Numbered from the stretch's first letter, positions 25,701-39,518 are shown. The stretch is DNA of 64,000 nt from Heterodontus francisci (GCF_036365525.1 NC_090374.1:139042685-139106684), one strand, 5' to 3'. The notes: generated by a model from the letters alone, not told the origin. Program-made: numbers and translations.

Positions 25701-27381
25701 TTGTCGTCTGTGTGCAAGAGGCTGGTTGTGTGCCTGTCCATGCCCTTCTTCTCCCTGTCCCTTTCCAGGTTCATGATCTTGGTGTTCCTCTGCTGCTGCC
25801 CTGCTGCCTGTGGCTGTATCTCTGTCCCTCCCTGATGCTCCTCCTCACTGCAGATCTCAAAGCCTGAGTGAATGAGTCCAATGACAAATAGCTACACTCA
25901 ATTTCCTGGGCTTTCCGCTCACCTTTCTCCATACATACAGCTGCCAAGTCTGAGAGGGCACTCAAGCGGAATGCCTTCGCTGTACTAGACAAGTTTGCCC
26001 CTGCTCCCAATCGCTACTTCTGCTGTCCACTTAGTTTCACCCTCCCTGTCAAGCCACGTTACTGATCGCAATGGCTGCGACCTGCAGCCAACACTCACCT
26101 CCCGCTAAACCTCTGCCTGGTTATAGCTGGCAAGGCTCTGAAACGATGTGCACCTGCCAACAAATTAGAAAAACCTAGTAACATTGCTGTTCATTTCTTT
26201 TTTAACAGGCTTTATTAACTTCCTGCCTTGTTCTCGTGCAACCTCCTCCTGCCAGCCTGGCCGTCTTTCATAATAGCTGATCGCAATGTGAAGACATTGG
26301 GCTTCTCTCCCAATGCCTTATGCCTGAATTTTACCACTCCTCCCACCTCCCAGCCCATCTCCAATGGGCGGATAAAATTCAGCCAATTGTTTCAGCCTGG
26401 TATGGAGTAAAGTTCCTCAGTAAAATATTCAGGAAGAACTATACTGTACGACTCTATGACTCTAACAATTTCCAGGCATAATCCTGTTGGGCCGAATGGC
26501 CTGTTTCTGTGCTGTAAATTCTATGTAATTTTATGTAGTATTGTAGTAATTAAAAATAAATTGCTGTGCAATTTTGTTGCTATTTTGGTCATATTGCCCA
26601 TATCACTAGAATGGTGAATATTTGTTCCTGAACTGTGAGTTAAGAAAATTTAAATAAAGCAGTTACTTATATTAAACCAATTGGCATAAAATTGACAACA
26701 AATGAGACATGACAATAAAAATATCTTTACTAGATTCAATAAAGTGATGTAAAACCATTAAGGCTAGAGGGAAAAAAACAGAAGAATTGGATCTTACTGT
26801 GTGCTTCAGATCATAGACACAAAGGCCACTCTTTCAAGTGCTAACCTTTTAATGTCCACAAGGTGGTGCTTTTTAAGCACAAACAGCATGCTGACAAGTG
26901 CTGAATGCCCTTTTCATTAAATTAACTAGCATTGACACAAAAATAGTAACTTTTAAAAATGATACAATAATATAAATGCTTAAAAGCACATGCATATTTG
27001 ATTTTTTTTTTAGCTGTTGCTTAATGGGAGAAGCAATGATACCACAGCGATCACAGGCAAGTGGTTGAAGGGGCAAGAATTCTCAGTTTACTTGAGAATT
27101 GATTGCTGTGTAAACTGGTCAAATATGGACTGTATTAGAATGATGTTCTCCATTTTATTTGTACAATTCAGTGGTAGCTTACTGTATCACGTTAGTCATG
27201 TTCTGAACACACTTTTAACAGCCTAAAGATGCAATGCCAACATCTGTAACATCATCTGGGATTGTATTATTTTCAACCTCAGCTCAACTTTTTTCAGCAG
27301 TTCAAAGTATATTTTTCCCCAACACATTTAATTCCTAGCTGTTATTCTTACAGAAATACTTGTGTCATCATTGGCAACATT

Positions 27382-28092
27382 GGATTGAATTTTAGTTCCA
27401 GGGTCCTGATCCCGCTGACAGGCTGAATTCCAGGTCCAGAATCTAGAGGTGGCCATGGCAGGAATCTGGAGAAGTTTTCAGCCAATGTAGATGCTGCCTC
27501 TGGGGGCCCCATCCAATTAAGGATGGTGGGCGGGCTCTGCAGCCAGGACGGCCAAGGGGAGCCCCCAAGGCTCTGGGCAGCCGACAGCCCCACCAGGAGA
27601 CGTGCTGCTGCTGCAGTAGGTGGGGGACCACAAGGTAGCCTCAAAATATACTGTGGCCACAGGCCAGGCCATCACTGCAGTGTGGGAACCGCTCCACAGG
27701 ATGGCCTGCGGCCATGGCTGTGGCCCTCGCAATCCAACATATCCATGCTGGGCTGCTTTGCAGGATGCACCTCTGGCCCGCCACCACACCCACCCCCCAC
27801 CAGCCCCCCCACACCCCACACCCCACACCCCAGCCTGCCAGTGGCAGGCTACCACCATTCTGCTAAAGGTTCCAGCCATATCAGGGGAGCCGTCCGCCAT
27901 CTGGAAAATCCAGACAGCATGTGAAGAATTGCCACAATTGGCATTTTAATTGGCTGCTGGCAAGCAGGCAGCCATTACCCCCAAAGCCAGAGGCGGGTAT
28001 ATGCCAGCAGGCTGGCATGCCAGCCAGTAGCGAGATATTGCCGGTACATCTACCTCCAAACCCGTCTCCGCCTCTGGATGAAATTTCTGCCC
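27382..28092. mobile_element. Harbinger-type MITE
   Basis: Degenerate TIRs ggattgaatttt / aaatttctgccc with a 3-bp direct repeat att on both sides. Confidence 0.6.
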
Positions 28093-29099
28093 ATTGAGTT
28101 TGTCTCACCTGTGCTTTATTGGAATTGCTTTGTGATGTATGTGACATTTAAAAAGTCAAATCCTATTGAAAGAAATAAAGTCCTCGAATGAGTGCAGCAA
28201 GATTGCTATCTGATTAATTGTACGTTACAACATGTCTGCACATATTTATTTTACTCTCAACCCATCCAGTTTAGACACAGGAACACTAAAATGTTTGTAA
28301 TACCTGTGAACCATTGTTTAGTCTCTGCTGACTTTGAAAAAATCAGAAATCACTCTGCCAAACCATCCTCCACTGACCTTATTTGACACATATTCAATGG
28401 TAAACAATTACTCCTTGTATTAAAATAATTTCACCTGCTGGTTGCAATTATTGCCAGGCAGAAAAATCTATCAAAAATCAGCAGGTACATTTACTGCCAA
28501 CAGAAATAACCAGATCATGATTTACAACTGTGCCTTGCAATTTAATTATTTTTTGAGGAATAAGCTGCATAGCATTTTCATTTTGTTACAACCCAGATAT
28601 TGCCAATATTTAAAATTCTGCTTTGTATGATTTATCACTATCGTTTTATAGTACAGGTTGCTTGCTGGCTCCGGTGGGGTGTCCCTCATTAAAAGGCACT
28701 CAGTGCCTGAACGAGGGACCTGGCCTCTGGAAGGCGGGGTGGGGGGGGGGGGGGGGGTGTCCGTTAAGAGCCACCCCCCGCCCTTTCTACTGACCCCCCC
28801 TACACCCCCTCTCCCCTGCGACCCCCACTCCCTGAGACCCGTTCCACCCTGACTTGCCTGTGGCCTGGGTCCAGTGCCGCTTCTAGGCTTTGGGTGGGTG
28901 TTGCACTGGCAACTGCCACCGCCTCAGCTGCTCAGTGAATGAGCTGCCAGTCTCTGATTGAGTCGCAGCTCTCAGAGGGCGGATGTCCGTCACCAGGTTC
29001 CTTGATGGCATGGAAGATCTGTCGCTGTCCAGTTAAGTGCCCAACTGGCATTTGATTCACTGGCGTTCCACAGAAGGGGCGATGCAGGGTTCTCGCTGA

Positions 29100-32030
29100 T
29101 GCTTTTGAACATACTCAATGACTGAGCTGCCACAACCCTCTGGGGTAGAGAATTCCAAAGATTTACAACCCTCTGAGTAAAGAAATTTCTCCTCATATCA
29201 GTCCTAAGTGGCTTCCCCCTTATTTTGAAATTGTGCCCCCTGGTTCTTGACTCCCCAATCAGAGAAAACATTTTATCTGCATCTCCCGGGTCTATCCCTT
29301 TAAGTATTTTGTAGGTTTCAATGAGATCACCTCTCATTCTTCAAAACTCTAGAGAATACAGGCTCAGTTTCCCCAATTTCTCTTCATAGGACAGTCTGCC
29401 ATCCCTCTATGGCAATAATATCCTCCCTAAGGTAAGGGGACCAAAACAGCACACAGTACTCCAAGTGCGGTCTAACCAAGGTTCTATACAATTGAAGCAA
29501 GACTTCACTACTCGTACTAAAATCCTCTTGTGATAAAGGCTAACAGACCATCATTAGTCTTGCTAATTGCTTGCAGCACCTGCATGTTAGCTTTCAGTGA
29601 CTTATTGACAAGGACACCCAACTCCATTTGTACATCTACACTTTCTAATCTCTTACCATTTAAGAAATACTCTGCACATCTATTCCTCCTACCAAAGTGG
29701 ATAACCTCACATTTTTCCACATTACATTCTATCTGCCATGTTCTTGTCAACTAAGTCTGTCCAAATCCCCCTGAAGCCACTTTGCATCTTCCTCACAACA
29801 CACATTCCCACCTAGTTTAGTGTCATCTGCGAAAGTGGAAATATTACATTTGGTCCCCACATTCAAATCATTGATATAAATTGTGAACAGCTGGGGCCCA
29901 AGCACTGATCCCTGCAGTACTCCACTAGTCACAGTCTGCCAACGTGAGAATGACCCGTTTATTCCTACTCTCTGCTTTCTGCCTGTTAACTAACACTTAA
30001 TCTATGCCAGTATATTACCTCCTATCCCATGTGCTTTAATTTTGCTAACTAGCCTCCTGTGGGGGACTTTATCAAACACCTTCTGAAAATCCAAGTATAC
30101 CACATCTACCAACTCCCCTTTATCAATTCTGTTAGTAACATTCCCAAAACACTCCTCCAGGTTTGTCAAACATGATTTCCCATTCATACATCCATGTTGA
30201 CTATGCCCAATTAGATCATTATTATCCAAGTGTCCAATTATCACATCCTTTAAAATAGATTCTAGCATTTTCCCAATGACTGATGTAAGGCTAACAGGTC
30301 TGTAATTCCCTGTTTTCTCTCTCCCTCCCTTCTTAAATAGTGGGGTGACATTTGCAACCTTCCAATCTGCAGGAACCACTCCAGAATCTAGAGAATTTTG
30401 GAAGATGATCACCAATGCACCCACTATCTCCATAGTTACCTCTTTCAACACTCTGGGATGTGGAATATTACGTCCCGGGGACTTATCAACCTCCAGCCCC
30501 ATTAATTTCTCCAAGACAACCTTCTTACTAATACTAATTTCCTTCAATTCTTCATTCCCCCAAACCCTTGGATCTCTTATTCTGGGAGATTTCTTGTATC
30601 TTCCTCAGTGAAGACACGCACAAAGTAATCACTTAGCTTCTCTGCCATTTCTTTAATCCCCATTATAAATTCTCCTGACTCTGCCTGTCATGGACCCACA
30701 ATTGTCTTAGCCAAATGTTTCCTTTTTACATACCTGTAGAAGCTTTTACAGTCCGTTTTTATATTTTTTGCTAGCTTACATTTATATTCTATTCTCCCTT
30801 TCTTGATCAGTTTCTTCGTCCTCCTTTTCTGTATTCTAAAATCCTCCCAATACTCAGGTTTACTACTATTTCTGGGAACTTTATAGGCCTTTTCTTTTAA
30901 TCTTATACAATCCTTAACTTCCTTTGTTATCCATGGTTGACTGCCTTTACTTTTGGGGTTTTTGTGCCTTGAAGGAATGTATATTTGCTGTAAACTATGT
31001 AATATTTCTTTAAAGACTATCCATTGCCTATGTACTGTCATACCTATTTAATGTATTTTCCCAATCCACCTCGGCCAATTTGCCCCTCATACCTTCATAA
31101 TTTCCTTTGTTCAAATTTAACACCCTGGCTTCAGATTGAACTACCTCACTTTCAAACATAATGTAAAATTCTATCATATTATGGTCACTTACCCCTAAAG
31201 GTTCTTTTACAACAAGATCATCAATTAGCCCTTTCTCATTACGTAAAACTAGATCTAAAATAGCCTGTTCTCTAGTCAGTTCCTCAACATACTGCTCTAG
31301 AAAACCATCCCAAACACACTCCAGAAACTCATCCTCCACAGCGTTAGTGTTCGTTAGGTTTACCCTATCTATATGCAGATTGAAGTCACCCATAATTACT
31401 GTATTACCCATGCCACATGCTGCTTTAATTTCCTGCTTAATACCACAGTCCACACTGCCACTACTGTTTGGTGGCCTATAAATAACTCCTACTAATGTTT
31501 TCTGCCCTTTGCTGTTTTTTAGCTCCACCCAAACAGATTCCACATTTTGTTCTTCCGATCTGAGATCCTCCCTTACTAATATACTGATCCCATCCCTTGT
31601 TATCAGTGCAACAGCAACTTCTTTTCCTTTTTGCCTGTCCTTCCTAAATGTCAAATATCCTTGAATACTCAGTTCCCAGCCTTGGTCACCCTGTAATCAC
31701 GTTTCCGTTATAGCAATTAGATCATACCCATTCACCTCTATTTGGGCCTTTAAATCATCTACTTTGTTGCGACTGCTGTGTGCATTCAGGTAGAGTGCTC
31801 TTAACCTTGACTTCTTGACATTATTCTGCATTCTAAGCCTAGTTGATGCTCGCCTTCGTTTTGCCTGCCTTCTAATATCACTTGCTACTTTTCTACCTCC
31901 TGTTCCCAGCTTTACTTCCTTCCAATTTGAGTAACCCCTCAGGTTGCCATCTCCCTGACAAGCTAGTTTAAACCCTCCCCAACAGCACTAGCACATCTCC
32001 CTGCGAGGATATTAGTTCCGGTCCTGTTAA
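29100..32030 (-). mobile_element. CR1 LINE: end of ORF1 (esterase-type), APE endonuclease and RT; degenerate
   Basis: LNRTGTNILAGRCASAVGEGLN* at ~32030-31965 (CR1 ORF1 C-terminus); YRPPN/GDFN/SDH; YLDFQKVFD; FADDTK. Confidence 0.9.
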
Positions 32031-32032
32031 GT

Positions 32033-32215
32033 TGTAGTTATGTGACTAGAAGCCATCGTCACTCTGCACAGCAACACCATGGACAAAGGTTCGAAATAGT
32101 TTGCTCTATATTGTATTTACTAGTTTAGCTGTTAATAAACTTTCTAGAGATCTTCAAGGAACTTGAATCCACATACCTCTGTGTTGCTTAAGATAACACA
32201 AAGAAACTCATGACA
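32033..32215 (+). repeat. Partial LTR of the same family as the myc-carrying Gypsy element
   Basis: Reverse-complement match to ~11941-12125 (tcttcaagga, gtgttgcttaagataacac, ending tcatgaca). No TGG follows, so it is a solo or 3' LTR. Confidence 0.85.
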
Positions 32216-32519
32216 CTTTCCGTCTCCAGTTATGCGCCAACTTGTCCTGCAAGGTAGAAGTGTATCAGTGAGTGTGGTGCAATCTAATTGGGTGATTTGG
32301 CTGTCATGGTTGAATAGCTGGTAGTGTGTGCATGCTGTGAGATTTAGATGTAAGGCTTGCAGCAGCGTTAAGTATGTGAGGATGAGGTCAAGTTCTGAAT
32401 GTTAAGCCTGATTCATGATTGACAGAGATTGTTGGCAGGTGAGTAATGGGGGTGTGGTACATTGAGCAGTTTGTGAGGCAACTGATGCAGTTGATGGGAT
32501 ATGGCATTTGAAGATATAG

Positions 32520-32750
32520 TCACTGACCTTGCTTGACCACTCGTGTGAGATCATTGAACTTCTAAGGCACTGCATCTAAGTCCTCATGGCTTGACCTTTG
32601 GTATTGGCCACCATGGCTATCTACTCCCACTGTCTTCACAAAGTTTGTCTGGAAAGCCTCTTGCCCCCTGTGGATATATCACATCTCTCTTCCATTCTGC
32701 CTTCCCCACCAAGGCATCCAGTGTTTCCTCAGAGAATCTTGGAGCATGCT
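32520..32750 (-). pseudogene. Harbinger-associated Myb/SANT-like DNA-binding domain remnant
   Basis: HAPRFSEETLDALV...RDVIYP...RQWE*IA...RT*MQCL*KFNDL, a trihelix/Myb-SANT pattern. Confidence 0.75.
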
Positions 32751-33901
32751 CCCTCCTCTGTTGCACAATAATTCACTTTTCTTTCTGCTCAGACTTGCTT
32801 CCACAAACAGTTCCAGAACCTGCTCCAGGCAGAATGTACCTCCCAAGGCTGGCTTTAAGTATTGGTGCTTTAGGTGCTGCTCACCTCGCACAAATGTGGG
32901 CTCCCTGCTGAGGTGTACAATCACTCAACTGTGCGTTTAGCACTGGCTACATGCAGCAAGCTTGCAAATTAGCAAGCAGCATGAAATTAGCGTGCTGCCT
33001 GCATCAGCAGCAACAAGCTCAGGTTAATCGTGAATCACAAAGCCTGTGCCTGTTTTGGGGGGCTATCAAATTTTCCTTCCTATGACATTGAATTATGTAT
33101 TGCGGTAACTTGCAAAGACCACTTAATGCATTTACCTGGAGCTCCTTAGTAGAGGTTTTGATCAGTTTAAAAAAAAAATGAATGAGTATCAGCTAAACTT
33201 GTGAACAAAGAAGTTCAACAAATAGTTTGTTCATATGCTATTATCTGGCTCAACAGTGCAATGCGCTTAGTGGCTATGACAGGTACCAGTTCTTCAGTAT
33301 GAGATTGAAACCAGTCTGCATTTCTCTTCGCACTTTTGCCATAGGTGGTCAAAGCTGACTCATAGATGGCGTCTCTGATGTGGGCCCACTTGGTCTCAGC
33401 ATCCCCTGTGGGAGTGTTTTGAAGGGCTGTTACAAGTGAATTTAGAAATTTTTGTAACAGCTGTGGATGAGAAATTCTGCTCGTGTTGATGCACGGGTGG
33501 CCCTTCTGCTTGGAATGATGCAACTTCTTTGGTCTAAGTCTAACCTTGCTGCACACCAGGGAGTGGTCAGTGTCGCAGTCCGCACTGTGGAAGCTGCGTG
33601 TGATTTGAACACTGTTTAAGGAGGCTCGCCTTGTGACGATGAGGTCTAGCTGGTGCCAACGACTCGATCTTGGGTGCCTCCATGAAACCTGGTGACAGGG
33701 TTTAGTGTGAAAGAACGAGTTGGTGATGCAGAAGTTATGATAGGTACACAACTCAAGCAGTCTCTGCCCGTTCTCATTCATCCTTCCAACGCCATAGCGC
33801 CCAAGGCAGGAGGGCCATGAGTCATGGTCGGCCCCAACCCTGGCATTAAAGTCCCCCAGCAGGAACAGGTGTTCAGTGTTGGGGATGCTGCTAATGATGT
33901 T

Positions 33902-34248
33902 TAGTTTAGTTTAGTTTAGAGATACAGCACTGAAACAGTCCCTTCGGCCCACCGAGTCTGTGCCGACCATCAACCACCCATTTATACTAATCCTACACTA
34001 ATTCCATATTCCTACCACATCCCCACATGTACCTATATTTCCCTACCACCTACCTATACTAGGGACAATTTATAATGGCCAATTTACCTATCAACCTGCA
34101 AGTCTTTGGCATGTGGGAGGAAACCGGAGCACCCGGAGGAAACCCACGCAGACACAGGGAGAACTTGCAAACTCCGCACAGGCAGTACCCAGAATTGAAC
34201 CCGGGTTGCTGGAGCTGTGAGGCTGCGGTGCTAACCACTGTGCCGCCC
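33902..34248 (-). mobile_element. tRNA-derived V-SINE (HE1-like), near full length
   Basis: tRNA-like head with B box GGTTCAATTC; V-domain-like core (gtgggtttcctccgggtgctccggtttcctcccac); CR1-like 3' end with (ctaaa)n tail; TSD atgtt. Confidence 0.88.
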
Positions 34249-35507
34249 ATGTTATGGAGTTCCTCGTAGAACTGGTCTTCAGCTTCAGGTAGGGAACAAA
34301 GTGTTGGAGCATAGATGCTGAGTAGGTGTACTGGACCAGAGGTGGTGAGCAGTCGGATGGACAGTATGCGTTCAGCGCCATTTGAGGGAGGCTCTATCAT
34401 GCTGAGCAAGGAGTTTCTGATGGCGAAGCCCACTCCATGCTGTCTTGGTTCTTCAGGATCCCTGCCCTGCCAGAAGAAGGTGTAGTCTTGCTCTGCTAGA
34501 GATCCCCTCACTGTTGAACTACAAGAAAGCCCCCAGCGAGTTAACATCCGTAGCACTTAAAGCAGCCAGAAGCACTGCACAAAGAACAGCCAGGCGCTGC
34601 GCAAATGACTACTGGCAACACCTATGCAGTCATATTCAGCTGGCCTCAGACACCGGAAACATCAGAGGAATGTATGATGGCATTAAGAGAGCTTTTGGGC
34701 CAACCATCAAGAAGATCGCCCCCCTCAAATCTAAATCAGGGGACATAATCACTGACCAACGCAAACAAATGGACCGCTGGGTTGAGCACTACCTAGAACT
34801 GTACTCCAGGGAGAATGTTGTCACTGAGACTGCCCTCAATGCAGTCCAGCCTCTACCAGTCATGGATGAGCTGGACATACAGCCAACAAAATCGGAACTC
34901 AGTGATGCCATTGATTCTCTAGCCAGCGGAAAAGCCCCTGGGAAGGATAGCATTACCCCTGAAATAATCAAGAGTGCCAAGCCTGCTATACTCTCAGCAC
35001 TACATGAACTGCTATGCCTGTGCTGGGATGAGGGAGCAGTACCTCAGGACATGCGCGATGCCAATATCATCACCCTCTATAAAAACAAAGGTGACCGCGG
35101 TGACTGCAACAACTACCGTGGAATCTCCCTGCTCAGCATAGTGGACAAAGTCTTTGCTCGAGTCGCTCTAAACAGGCTCCAGAAGCTGGTCGTGCGCGTC
35201 TACCCTGAGGCACAGTGTGGCTTTCGTGCAGAGAAATCGACTGTTGACATGCTGTTCTCCCTTCGTCAGATACAGGAGAAATGCCGCGAACAACAGATGC
35301 CCCTCTACATTGCTTTCATTGATCTCACCAAAGCCTTTGACCTCGTCAGCAGACATGGTCTCTTCAGACTACTAGAAAAGATTGGATGTCCACCAAAGCT
35401 ACTAAGTATCATCACTTCATTCCATGACAATATGAAAGGCACAATTCAACATGGCGGCACCTCATCAGACCCCTTTCCTATCCTGAGTGGCGTGAAACAG
35501 GGCTGTG

Positions 35508-35650
35508 TAGGGGAATATAGGGACAGGTGGGGATGTGGTAGGAATATGGAATTAGTATAGGATTAGTATAAATGGGTGTTTGATGGTCGGCACAGACTCG
35601 GTGGGCGGAAGGGCCTGTTTCAGTGCTGTATCTCTAAACTAAACTAAACA
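35508..35650 (+). mobile_element. 5'-truncated copy of the same SINE inside the RTE RT
   Basis: Reverse complement of ~33902-34050; interrupts GVKQGCV. Confidence 0.85.
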
Positions 35651-37191
35651 CCCACATTTTTTGGGATTTTATTCTCCTTGCTGCTTTCACATGCGTTCAA
35701 GTCTTCTGAAGAAGGAATTTTCCTCCACACGAGATCAGGGGGCAGGTTGTTCAACATTGCCCGTCTCAGAGCAAAGTCCGATGTACGGAAAGTCCTCATC
35801 AGGGAACTCCTCTTTGCTGACGATGCTGCTTTAACATCTCACACTGAAGAGTGCCTGCAGAGTCTCATCGACAGGTTTGCGGCTGCCTGCAATGAATTTG
35901 GCCTAACAATCAGCCTCAAGAAAACGAACATCCATCAATATTGGCGACCACGCTTTGGAAGTGGTTCAAGAGTTCACCTACCTAGGCTCAACTATCACCA
36001 GTAACCTGTCTCTGGATGCAGAAATCAACAAGCGCATGGGGAAGGCTTCCACTGCTATGTCCAGACTGGCCAAGAGAGTGTGGGAAAATGGCGCACTGAC
36101 ACAGAACACAAAAGTCCGAGTGTATCAGGCCTGTGTCCTCAGTACCTTGCTCTATGGCAGTGAGGCCTGGACAATGTATGTCAGCCAAGAGCGACGTCTC
36201 AATTCCTTCCATCTTCGCTGCCTCCGGAGAATACTTGGCATCAGGTGGCAGGATCGTATCTCCAACACAGAAGTCCTCGAGGCGGCCAACATCCCCAGCT
36301 TATACACACTACTGAGTCAGCGGCGCTTGAGATGGCTTGGCCATGTGAGCCGCATGGAAGATGGCAGGATCACCAAAGACACATTGTACAGCAAGCTTGT
36401 CACTGGCATGGCAGGCAGCCATAAAGGCGGGGCTAAATTGTGGCGAGTCGAAGAGACTTAGCAGTTGGCAGGAAAAAAGACAAAAGCGCAAGGGGAGAGC
36501 CAACTGTGTAACAGCCCCGACAAACAAATTTTTCTGCAGCACCTGTGGAAGAGCCTGTCACTCTAGAATTGGCCTTTTTTGCCACTCCAGGCGCTGCTCC
36601 ACACACCACTGACCACCTCCAGGCGCTTACCCATTGTCTCTCGAGATAAGGAGGCCAAAGAAGAAAGAAGATTATCTGGCTACAAAATTTCAGAGCCTAA
36701 GTGTCAGTTCAGAATGTAAAACCCAATTTTACAACTCTTGTCATGGAGATTCACCCACTGAGAATGCAAATCAAAAAATTCTGGGTTTTTGACTTTACAA
36801 ATTTCTCTGCACTGATATTAACAGCTGAAAGCTTGTGGGGAGTGTCACTGCAATTTTCCAAGGGGCATTCCGGGCAGACAAAACTCCTCGCCAGATGAGT
36901 GCACCCAAAAAATGGGTCTTTACCTCTTTATTCTTTTTCTTTTCCTTATAGATATTAACTTGTGGACTTGTTTAAAATATGCTGATTCTCAAGAGGGCAG
37001 ATTTGCACTACAGTGGACTGAATTATATTGCTACTTACTGAAGCCAATGCAAGTAAATATGCTACTGTATCACAGTGAGAATATCGACATAGTTCAGATG
37101 AAAATAATATTCATGGTTGCGTTGGCATGAAAGGGAAACTTTAATTTGAGGAACAAAAGTGACATCTTCAGAGTAATACTATACATTTATC

Positions 37192-39270
37192 GGGTTGGAT
37201 TTTTCCTCCGAGGGTGAGAAACAGAAGTTAGGACTGTTTCCCAGTTCCACACCCATCCCTGGAAACCTTGGGATTTTCATGGGGATGCCCTCTTAATTGG
37301 CATAGAGACAGCTTCTCTGTCCAATTAAGGGCAATGCGCAGTCCCTCGAAGCTGGAGGGCCGATCAGTGGCCTTCCTGCTTGAGAGAAGCAGCAGGCTGT
37401 AATGGATGTTAAGTTACAGAGAGGGCACTTCAACATGGAAGCACTCTCTCTCCAATTTTCTTTACATTTTTAAGTTAAAAAAAGATACAGCAGCCAGGCC
37501 ACCACTGTAAGGAGGGTAATGGGGGTGGGGGAGGGGGGGGGGTGCAGGGTTGGGGGTGGAGGGGCAATTCTTTTAATGGACAGCCTGTGCTGCACCTGCA
37601 GCCAGGCAGGCAGGGTGGGTCTCTAGGCCTGTCTGGAGCAATAGCCCCATGCCATCCTGCCACCAGGCAGCCTCCTCCAAGCACTTAAACTGGCCCCTAC
37701 CAGTGCGGAAAACTAGAGGCAGACTGGAAAATCCTAGTCAGTCTCCTTTAATTGACCTTATTTAGAGCCTTAACAAGCTTAATCAGTTACTGGCTACACG
37801 GGGGCAGATAGCCCTGCTCTTATCTCCTGTTCCTCCCTCGGTGAGCTGTCTCAAGGTCCACACCTCTCTGGAGAGCCACGTTCTGGAGAGGCCGCCGACC
37901 ACCACAATGACTGAGACAATTGCAGGAGGGTATTGGAGGGCACCACATGACAGATCCAGGCGCCAAAATCACATCTTCAGAAGCCCATTAGCCTGCTCAA
38001 TGGTTGGCTTGCTGAACAGGTGACATTGGTTGCTTCACCTCTGTGCCTTTGCCTGGGGTTCCCGTAGATGGGTCATAAGCCATCTCTTCAAGGGATTTCC
38101 CTTATCTCCTTGATCCATCCACACACTTTAGAGGATGGAGTGAAGATCCGAGGCAGCCTAGACTGGCGGAGGATGAAGGAATCATGGCAGTTGCCAGAAG
38201 AGTGTGTGCACACATGGAGGAAGCTCTTGTGGTCACAGAGCAGTTGAACATTGAGGAAGTGGAAGCCCTTCTTGTTGCTGGATCTCACTGGCTGGTCGCT
38301 GGGTGCCTTGACAGCCACATGAGCACAATCGATGATGCCCTGCACCTGGGAGAATCCAGCAATGGTGGTGAAACCCAATGACCTTTGTGCCTGCACAGGC
38401 CCATTTGTGTCAAGGTGGATGTAGACCCCACCCTCCGGAATATGGCATCCATCACCTGCCTGATGGCATGATGAGCTGCCGACTGTGAGATGCCACCTTG
38501 GTCTGCATCTGCTTCTTGGAATGATCTGGTTGCATAGAAATTCAGGGAGATGGTGACCTGGATGGCTGCATGTAATGGACTGCCATGGGGGACGCGAGGC
38601 CTCAGGTCATTGTGAATCAGAGTACAAAGGTCCGAGACCATCTGCCTGGATAGGTGCAGCCTCCAATGGCACTGTCATTTGCAGGTGGCTGACTCTTTGG
38701 CAGTAGACTCAATGTCTTGGGAAGCACCTTTTTTCCCTTGCAGCCATCACTCCCCCCACCCCCCCACCCCCTCACCCACTCCCTCACCCACTCCCTCAGG
38801 AGTTCATTCATTCTCCAGGCTTTCCCTTGCAAATCCTAGGTGCCCAAGTGATGCTAACAGTTTCACGTCCCTCTGCTGATTTCTACCACTCACCACTGAG
38901 AAGAGCAAGTCTTCTAGCTCCAGCAGTGGCTACTCTGCGACACTTTCAGAGCTGCTGAGCTTTACTTTGTGACTCTGCATTATTTAACTCATCCCTTCCC
39001 ATAGCCTGCATGCCCCCTTACCCCGCAGTGTTCACAATTTGTACACCCTGTTATGTTCCACACATGACGTTCTGTTAATGAGCTCCACAATGGGTTCAAA
39101 AGGCACTTAATTGGAGGCATACAGAGTTGCCGTTCGCTCCCTCTCAGTATCCCTTTAAAAATGGTGTCATGTTCTGCAGGTGGCATGGCCCAGTGCCAAT
39201 CTCTGAGAACATGATCTTTAAATTGTGCTTGCATCTGCTCCTGCCCCCATTGGCTTCATAAATCCATCCC
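37192..39270 (-). mobile_element. Harbinger element remnant with transposase pseudogene (~38040-38700)
   Basis: LNFYATRSFQ...GGISQSAAHHAI; GIIDCAHVAVKAP...NKKGFHFLNVQLLCDH...GNCHDSFIL. TIR-like gggttggatttt at 37192; right boundary uncertain. Confidence 0.75.
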
Positions 39271-39518
39271 ATGATGTCAAAGTGCAAGACCTGAAGTTCT
39301 ACGGACAAATGTGAGCGAAATGCAACTTTTTACAGATTTTATAGTCTTAATTATCTGTGGAATTTTGGAAAAATTGCATGATCATCCTTAGAATGGAACA
39401 GATATTAACTAGAATACCGTATGTTGTCTTCAAGATCTTTAGTTGACAACAAATTTGGACTCGGGTATCATAATAGCACAGTCCAGGGGAGGACTGCTGA
39501 AATTGTACGTGTGTGAAG

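Larger units (their letters stand above)
19000..26385. mobile_element. Harbinger/PIF DNA transposon with convergent Myb/SANT-associated ORF (+) and transposase (-), interrupted by LINEs at 19498-23560
   Basis: EKRAHNAWEMSRTTG...MEEEALELGG at ~19045; continuation at 23570-24402; transposase at 24607-25700; right TIR-like gataaaattcagcc at 26371-26384. Confidence 0.6.
33251..36670 (+). mobile_element. RTE-clade LINE with inverted 5' part (33251-~34508 on minus) and 11-bp TSD
   Basis: TSD attatctggct at 33240-33250 and 36671-36681. Endonuclease motifs (IYAPT, GDFNA, DTDH) on minus; RT (FIDLTKAFD, GVKQGC, LFADD), C-terminal C2H2-like motif and GAA-rich tail on plus. Confidence 0.92.

Noticed and set aside
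34185-34248. tRNA gene
   Set aside because: It is the tRNA-derived head of a SINE, without a full cloverleaf.
34445-35560. 371-aa ORF as an intact gene
   Set aside because: It is RTE ORF2 whose start comes from the inverted segment and whose end comes from an inserted SINE.
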